Below are positions 59,171 through 64,000 of a DNA stretch of 64,000 nt, in pieces. A program made the translations under genes and the position numbers. Location: positions 21,190-85,189 of the forward strand of contig JANQSS010000144.1 in assembly GCA_028279185.1 (NCBI GenBank). Direction: 5' to 3'. The stretch comes from Saprospiraceae bacterium. Lineage in GTDB: Bacteria > Bacteroidota > Bacteroidia > Chitinophagales > Saprospiraceae. The stretch's first letter is position 1; each line of letters starts with the position of its first letter. The notes under the pieces were generated by a model. The model had not been told where the DNA came from, did not search any database, and saw only the letters and a list, made by a program, of their open reading frames with translations.

Positions 59171-60361
59171 ATGCTTAGACTACATCATTTTTTACTCCTA
59201 TACACCTTCTTTTTTATTGGCTGTTCGGCTGCACGTCTCCAGAAGCAGGGTAAAATTCAAGACAAGAATTTCAATGTCGAAATACCTTTTCGATATGAAT
59301 ATGATTTAATTCTCGTAGATGTTGCTATCAATAGTACAACCCATACATTTCTTTTTGATACTGGTGCCGGACTAAATGTCATCGACTCATCTATCGCACA
59401 TCAAATTCGCTCTGACAATTTAAAACAGTTAAAAGTCACCGGTAGTAACAATAATACACTGACGATGGATTATCTCACAGTACCCAGTATTATTCTTGGG
59501 GGTGTAGAAGTTCTTGGAAGTGTAGCAATTGTTGGTAATTTAAGTCATTTTACCAAGTTTCTTGGATGCGCCGATGTGAAGGGCATCATTGGAAACAATT
59601 TCATGCGCAAAGCAAATGTTCAAATAGATTATGTCAACAAGGTGATCAGGCTAGCCGATCATAATAATTTGTTTACGCCATCGGCGGATGCACATGAAAT
59701 AAAAATGCATGCCGGAAAAGTCGGCAACGTAAAGCTAAAAGTACGAGCAGGTGATGTAAGTTGGTATGCTACTTTTGATACCGGTTTCTCCGGAAAGTTG
59801 AAATCCAACTATAGTGAACTTTTATCAAATTATTCTACTGCTTTTAGCAAAGGAATTACTGGTGCAAGCATTCACCAGGTCAATGTTGGCTCCTTGGCCG
59901 AAATCATTGTCGACACTGCACATGTAGCAGGACTTCCTTTTTTCAGTCAAACCATAACGATTGACACGAGTGCTTCTAATCTGATCGGTAACAAATTTTT
60001 AAAGAATTTCGTTTTAACCATACTTTGGGGTTCTGATCAATTGTATTTAGATCCAATAAAAACGATAGAACCAGATACGTTAAATCCTTTCGAAATAAGC
60101 TTGTATCCCGATTTTTTGAATAACACTATTCAGGTGTATAAACTATACGAAGCCCACTCCGAATATAGCGAAGACATTATCGGATGGACCGTTAACAAAA
60201 TTGATAATATCGACGTCACCCAATTTAATCCAGATGAAATGTGCACGTATTGGAATACGTTCAAAAGGGAGTTGAGATCAAAAAATCAGATTCAATTGGA
60301 AATATCCAACGAAAACGAAAAGCGGAATATAACGATTAGGCGAATTTCGATTGATGAATAA
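59171..60361 (+). CDS. lipoprotein, retropepsin/pepsin-like aspartic protease with two D(T/S)G lobes
   Basis: Lipobox 'FFIGCSA'. 'FLFDTGAGLNVID' in lobe 1 and 'ATFDTGFSGKLK' in lobe 2. Confidence 0.6.
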   Translation: MLRLHHFLLLYTFFFIGCSAARLQKQGKIQDKNFNVEIPFRYEYDLILVDVAINSTTHTFLFDTGAGLNVIDSSIAHQIRSDNLKQLKVTGSNNNTLTMDYLTVPSIILGGVEVLGSVAIVGNLSHFTKFLGCADVKGIIGNNFMRKANVQIDYVNKVIRLADHNNLFTPSADAHEIKMHAGKVGNVKLKVRAGDVSWYATFDTGFSGKLKSNYSELLSNYSTAFSKGITGASIHQVNVGSLAEIIVDTAHVAGLPFFSQTITIDTSASNLIGNKFLKNFVLTILWGSDQLYLDPIKTIEPDTLNPFEISLYPDFLNNTIQVYKLYEAHSEYSEDIIGWTVNKIDNIDVTQFNPDEMCTYWNTFKRELRSKNQIQLEISNENEKRNITIRRISIDE

Positions 60362-61073
60362 GGGTACGCAGCATTGATGAAACATAGTCCTGTGCGCGCG
60401 CTGCAGACTCCATTCCATCGGATGCAATAAATGAATCCCCAAAATGAATGCGCGCACGAATGCGCCAATTTGAGAACAATCGAAAAAAATGGGGTAAAAA
60501 TTTGTCTTTCCGTACGAAGGAGGCTTGTGCATTCTCATAAAATACGGTCACCGGTGTGATTGAAATATTGTTTGCCGATGCAATGTCAAAAACACCGCGT
60601 TTAAATGGCAATATGCTCCGCCCATCTGTTGTTGTTCCCTCCGGATATACGACGACGGAGTCGCCATGCAGCAGGGCCTTTGAAATTTCATTTCTAGTTG
60701 AGCGGAGGCTATCTACTTCTCTCCGTTGCACGAAAAGTACACCGCTTACACGACATCCATATCCGATCAATGGCCAGCTCGCCACTTCTTGTTTTGCAAC
60801 AGGGCGACCTAGGACATAGTTGACGAGCACAAAGGGATCTAAATAAGAAATATGGTTGCCAATAAACAAGGTCGTGCCTTTTGGTATGTTTCCAGATTGT
60901 ACGATTCGCACGCCTAAAAAAAACAGAATTGATTTTATAGTCGGTCGTCGCAGATAAATAGATGCCTTTGATTTATCGCCCTTTATAAAAATGGATACAA
61001 CAACGACGATCAAAATATACGTCGACATGATGGACGCGAAAATAATTAAGCGTAGCGCAGCGAGAATTTTCAT
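60336..61073 (-). CDS. plsC: 1-acyl-sn-glycerol-3-phosphate acyltransferase (PlsC family)
   Basis: 'IGNHISYLDP' (HX4D) and 'VVYPEGTTT' (PEGT) motifs. N-terminal TM. 3' end overlaps the convergent protease gene by 26 nt. Confidence 0.8.
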   Translation of the reverse strand: MKILAALRLIIFASIMSTYILIVVVVSIFIKGDKSKASIYLRRPTIKSILFFLGVRIVQSGNIPKGTTLFIGNHISYLDPFVLVNYVLGRPVAKQEVASWPLIGYGCRVSGVLFVQRREVDSLRSTRNEISKALLHGDSVVVYPEGTTTDGRSILPFKRGVFDIASANNISITPVTVFYENAQASFVRKDKFLPHFFRLFSNWRIRARIHFGDSFIASDGMESAARAQDYVSSMLRTLIHQSKFA

Positions 61074-61525
61074 TTAATAAAAGGAGTAAAAACCGATTTA
61101 TTTGTAACCATGCGCTCCCAGTCATATTTCACGTACGGCCGGACGAGATGCCACATGAGCGTTAATTTAATTTCATTTTCATCATCTTCGCAATATCCTG
61201 TCCAGGAAGTTATGCTTCCGAACGCATCCCATGAAACATGAAATGAAAGCGTAGTCAGGTCTGAATGCCGGTTGACAACTCCATACAGTGGATACAAAAT
61301 GGTATCATCACTTGCATTCGATTGATAGCTTCCTTTCAAAAAGCCTCCGTCATCCACTTTTATGTGCACAATAGAACTATCCTGGTTGATGTAAGCACCC
61401 ATGAGGGAATCACATGATTGAGCCACACACAAATGACCCGCCGCAATCATCACCATGACTGGAATGTATCTGGCAGTAATGACAAGGAGCCAAACGGCCT
61501 TCTCTTCTATTATTCGCATAGACAA
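61070..61525 (-). CDS. avidin/streptavidin-family beta-barrel protein (putative biotin-binding), secreted
   Basis: Hand alignment to the streptavidin core: 'GAYINQDSSIVHIKVDDGGFLKGSYQSN...ILYPLYG' vs '[28 protein letters not shown]...YVLTG'. The four biotin-pocket Trp positions are conserved (VSW, TSW, MWH, DWE). 4-nt ATGA overlap with plsC. Confidence 0.6.
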   Translation of the reverse strand: MSMRIIEEKAVWLLVITARYIPVMVMIAAGHLCVAQSCDSLMGAYINQDSSIVHIKVDDGGFLKGSYQSNASDDTILYPLYGVVNRHSDLTTLSFHVSWDAFGSITSWTGYCEDDENEIKLTLMWHLVRPYVKYDWERMVTNKSVFTPFIK

Positions 61526-61617
61526 TGATAGGTAAAAGACTTAAGTTTGTTCGAAGAAAATGGGGCTCGTAGATACTTTAACGAGTACCAATATGAATAG
61601 GAAACTGCTTTAATCAT

Positions 61618-63039
61618 ATGGACAACACGACGGGTAGAATAGATACGGATCAGAAGGCTTTGGAAATCAATCTTAACGATAAAATTTACGGCACATTCGC
61701 CGAAATTGGAGCAGGACAGGAAGTTGCGCGACATTTTTTTAAGGTTGGAGCCGCGGCAGGTACAATTGCCAAGTCAATGTCGGCTTATGACAAAACGTTT
61801 TCTGATTGCATATATGGCGAAGAATCGAGCGGAAGGTATGTGTGTGAATCACGTATCCATAAAATGCTCGATCATGAGTATAGTTTGATGGATGAACGGC
61901 TGACGGAATCTCGGCCCAAGACTTGTTTTTTTGTTTTCGCCGATACGGTTGCCGCCATCAATTATAGTAAGACCGTTAAAGGCCATGGGTGGCTTGGAAT
62001 GCGATTTCAACTAGAGCCACAAGGACAACCCAATGACATTTTGCTGCATGTGCGTATGCTCGATAATGATTATCGGCTACAACAAAACGCTATCGGTATT
62101 CTGGGTGTAAATTTTGTGTATGGTTGTTATTTTTTAAATCACAATATTGAAGCATTAATCGCATCCCTAATGGACGATTTACACGATCGTATTTCAATCG
62201 ATATGATTGAAGTTTCGGGTCCTAATTTTCCCAATGTCGATAATCGTCTTTTGTCCATGTATTTGGTAAAACACGATTTGACCGATGTCGCCATGTTTGA
62301 TGCTAACGGTAAAAGCATGCATCCGTCAGAATTTCTGTACAGAAAATCTCTAATGGTTGTGCGTGGAACATATCGACCTCCGACGATCGTATCAGAAGAT
62401 GTATTTGAACAAGGCATTCGCAAATTCAAGGAGGATTTTAAATTGGACGATGACAACGCCTCTTTAATGGCGGAAATAACAATGCAGAATCTCACGCGCG
62501 AAGGAGATGTGCAGGATCTGGATTATCTAGCTCGGGCAGACATGCTCTGTGCCATGGGATATGACACTATAGTATCTAGTTGCCTGGATCATCAAACGCT
62601 TGTCAACTATTTGGCGGATTATAAAACCACACACCTGGCCTTAGTTGTTGGGGCTCGTGAACTCGAAGACTTAATCAATGAAAATACAAAAATGACAGGA
62701 CAGGAAAATATGCTTGTTACTTTTGGCCGATTGTTCTCAAGAAATATAACGGTCTATGTATATCCGGCTTACAATGATGACAAAACCGTGCTTTTTACTT
62801 CAAAAAACTTACCTGTCCATCCTATGATTAAATATCTATATCAACATTTAATCGAACAAAACTTTATTGTCGATATTACAGAATACAATGCACAAAATCT
62901 CGACATCTTCCCCTATGAAGTACTACAAGAAATTAAAGAAAATAAAGAAGGTTGGGAAGACAAATTGCCTAAAGGTCTTGCTGATATTATCCGGAACAAG
63001 GGTTATTTTGGGTGGAAATCTGTTGCAATAAAAAGTTAA
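61618..63039 (+). CDS. hypothetical cytoplasmic protein (473 aa), conserved-looking but unrecognised
   Basis: Long intact ORF with Gly-rich 'FAEIGAGQEVARHFFKVGAAAGT' near the N-terminus. No family assigned. Confidence 0.55.
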   Translation: MDNTTGRIDTDQKALEINLNDKIYGTFAEIGAGQEVARHFFKVGAAAGTIAKSMSAYDKTFSDCIYGEESSGRYVCESRIHKMLDHEYSLMDERLTESRPKTCFFVFADTVAAINYSKTVKGHGWLGMRFQLEPQGQPNDILLHVRMLDNDYRLQQNAIGILGVNFVYGCYFLNHNIEALIASLMDDLHDRISIDMIEVSGPNFPNVDNRLLSMYLVKHDLTDVAMFDANGKSMHPSEFLYRKSLMVVRGTYRPPTIVSEDVFEQGIRKFKEDFKLDDDNASLMAEITMQNLTREGDVQDLDYLARADMLCAMGYDTIVSSCLDHQTLVNYLADYKTTHLALVVGARELEDLINENTKMTGQENMLVTFGRLFSRNITVYVYPAYNDDKTVLFTSKNLPVHPMIKYLYQHLIEQNFIVDITEYNAQNLDIFPYEVLQEIKENKEGWEDKLPKGLADIIRNKGYFGWKSVAIKS

Positions 63040-63078
63040 AAATTATTACTTATTTCTGTTAATTCGACGAAGTCTATT

Positions 63079-63888
63079 ATGAGATATTACATTTCTATCA
63101 CATTGGTTTTATTTGCATTCCTATTTTTTTTCGGTTGTGGATCAGAAAATCCTAAATCGAAAAAAAACACCAATTTGGCACCCGAAGAAGTTTCGGTAGA
63201 TAAATCCAAAACTGTCAGTGATATAACGTTGGATCGCGTAATGGGAAAATTTAATCCTCCCACGGATGAAAAATTTACATTGATTGAAGCGCCATATGCC
63301 GGTCGTGAAGACATGTACTTACACAAAGAAACCTATGCGGCATTTAAGAAAATGCATGCGGCCGCAAATGCGGATGGTATTAAATTAATCATTCGGTCAG
63401 CCACACGAAATTTCCTTAGTCAAAAATTTATTTGGGAAGGCAAATGGACTGGGCGAAGGCTCGTCGACGGTGGTGAAAATTTAAAAGATAGCACCCCAGA
63501 TCCCGAGGCTCGTGCTCTAAAAATTCTAAGATGGAGCTCCATGCCGGGAACCAGTCGTCATCATTGGGGAACCGATATTGACTTAAACGCCTTTACCAAT
63601 GACTACTTTGAGCATGGAGAAGGATACAAGGTATATAATTGGCTGAAGGCCAACGCGCACGACTACGGGTTTTGCCAACCTTATTCGGAGAAGGGGGTAA
63701 ATCGGCCCGATGGCTACAATGAGGAGCGTTGGCATTGGTCGTATATGCCGCTTGCTAGAAAATACATGGCGGTTGCGCGTCAACAAATGTCCAATGAAGC
63801 CATTACGGGCTTTGAAGGAAGTTCAACCGCAGGTGAAATCGACGTGGTTGGGAAATATGTATTTGGGATTGACAAGGCATGTCATTGA
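63079..63888 (+). CDS. lipoprotein, M15-family D-Ala-D-Ala carboxypeptidase (VanY-like)
   Basis: Lipobox 'FFGCGS'. LAS-metallopeptidase motif 'SRHHWGTDIDL' and downstream 'WHW'. Confidence 0.75.
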   Translation: MRYYISITLVLFAFLFFFGCGSENPKSKKNTNLAPEEVSVDKSKTVSDITLDRVMGKFNPPTDEKFTLIEAPYAGREDMYLHKETYAAFKKMHAAANADGIKLIIRSATRNFLSQKFIWEGKWTGRRLVDGGENLKDSTPDPEARALKILRWSSMPGTSRHHWGTDIDLNAFTNDYFEHGEGYKVYNWLKANAHDYGFCQPYSEKGVNRPDGYNEERWHWSYMPLARKYMAVARQQMSNEAITGFEGSSTAGEIDVVGKYVFGIDKACH

Positions 63889-63976
63889 TGTGAATGAGGG
63901 TCAAAATTCCTGTTAAAAAACTGATAATTTTGGTGGGGCTTAGTGGTTGATTTTAGGCCCTCTTAAGCTCATAGTC

Positions 63977-64000
63977 GCCAGGCATCTATAGATGCCTGGC
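63977..64000. repeat. perfect 24-nt palindrome at window edge (terminator-like hairpin, truncated by window)
   Basis: GCCAGGCATCTA|TAGATGCCTGGC. Confidence 0.4.

Noticed and set aside
1-64000. CRISPR arrays, integrase/transposase genes, insertion sequences
   Set aside because: No regularly spaced direct repeats and no recombinase or transposase-like ORFs found in any frame. The tRNA anomalies are therefore not obviously explained by a resident mobile element within this window.

Overview
AT-rich chromosomal segment with clear Bacteroidota hallmarks: T9SS C-terminal sorting domain, ECF sigma/anti-sigma pairs, LytS-type kinase with LytTR regulator, TonB-dependent receptor, and TAnnTTTG-type promoter motifs. 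Most of the window is ordinary housekeeping and envelope genes (ybeY, rtcB, plsC, pseudouridine synthase, M1 and M15 peptidases, AraC, GNAT, alpha/beta hydrolases, YeeE/YedE pair). The stretches that stand out are listed below. (1) The intergenic region 32.5-32.7 kb holds tRNA halves in permuted order: T-arm plus 3' acceptor strand sits upstream of 5' acceptor, D-arm and anticodon. Acceptor strands pair across the junction, not within the conventional reading. This lies 1.5 kb upstream of an RtcB RNA ligase gene. (2) A 2-kb ORF-free region at 9.5-11.5 kb contains tRNA-Lys(UUU), a 490-nt structured spacer and a non-canonical tRNA-like element. (3) An ECF sigma, anti-sigma, TPR-CHAT protease and T9SS cargo gene string. 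(4) A 1158-aa membrane-anchored hyper-charged coiled-coil protein in an operon with an HATPase_c anti-sigma-regulator-like kinase and ybeY. (5) An avidin-family protein translationally coupled to plsC. (6) Large fusion proteins: patatin with TM tail, TraB/GumN with an ~850-aa extension, vWA with rhodanese. (7) A degraded toxin/immunity-like region at the 5' end of the window. All calls are by eye from the sequence and the supplied ORF track; no searches were run.
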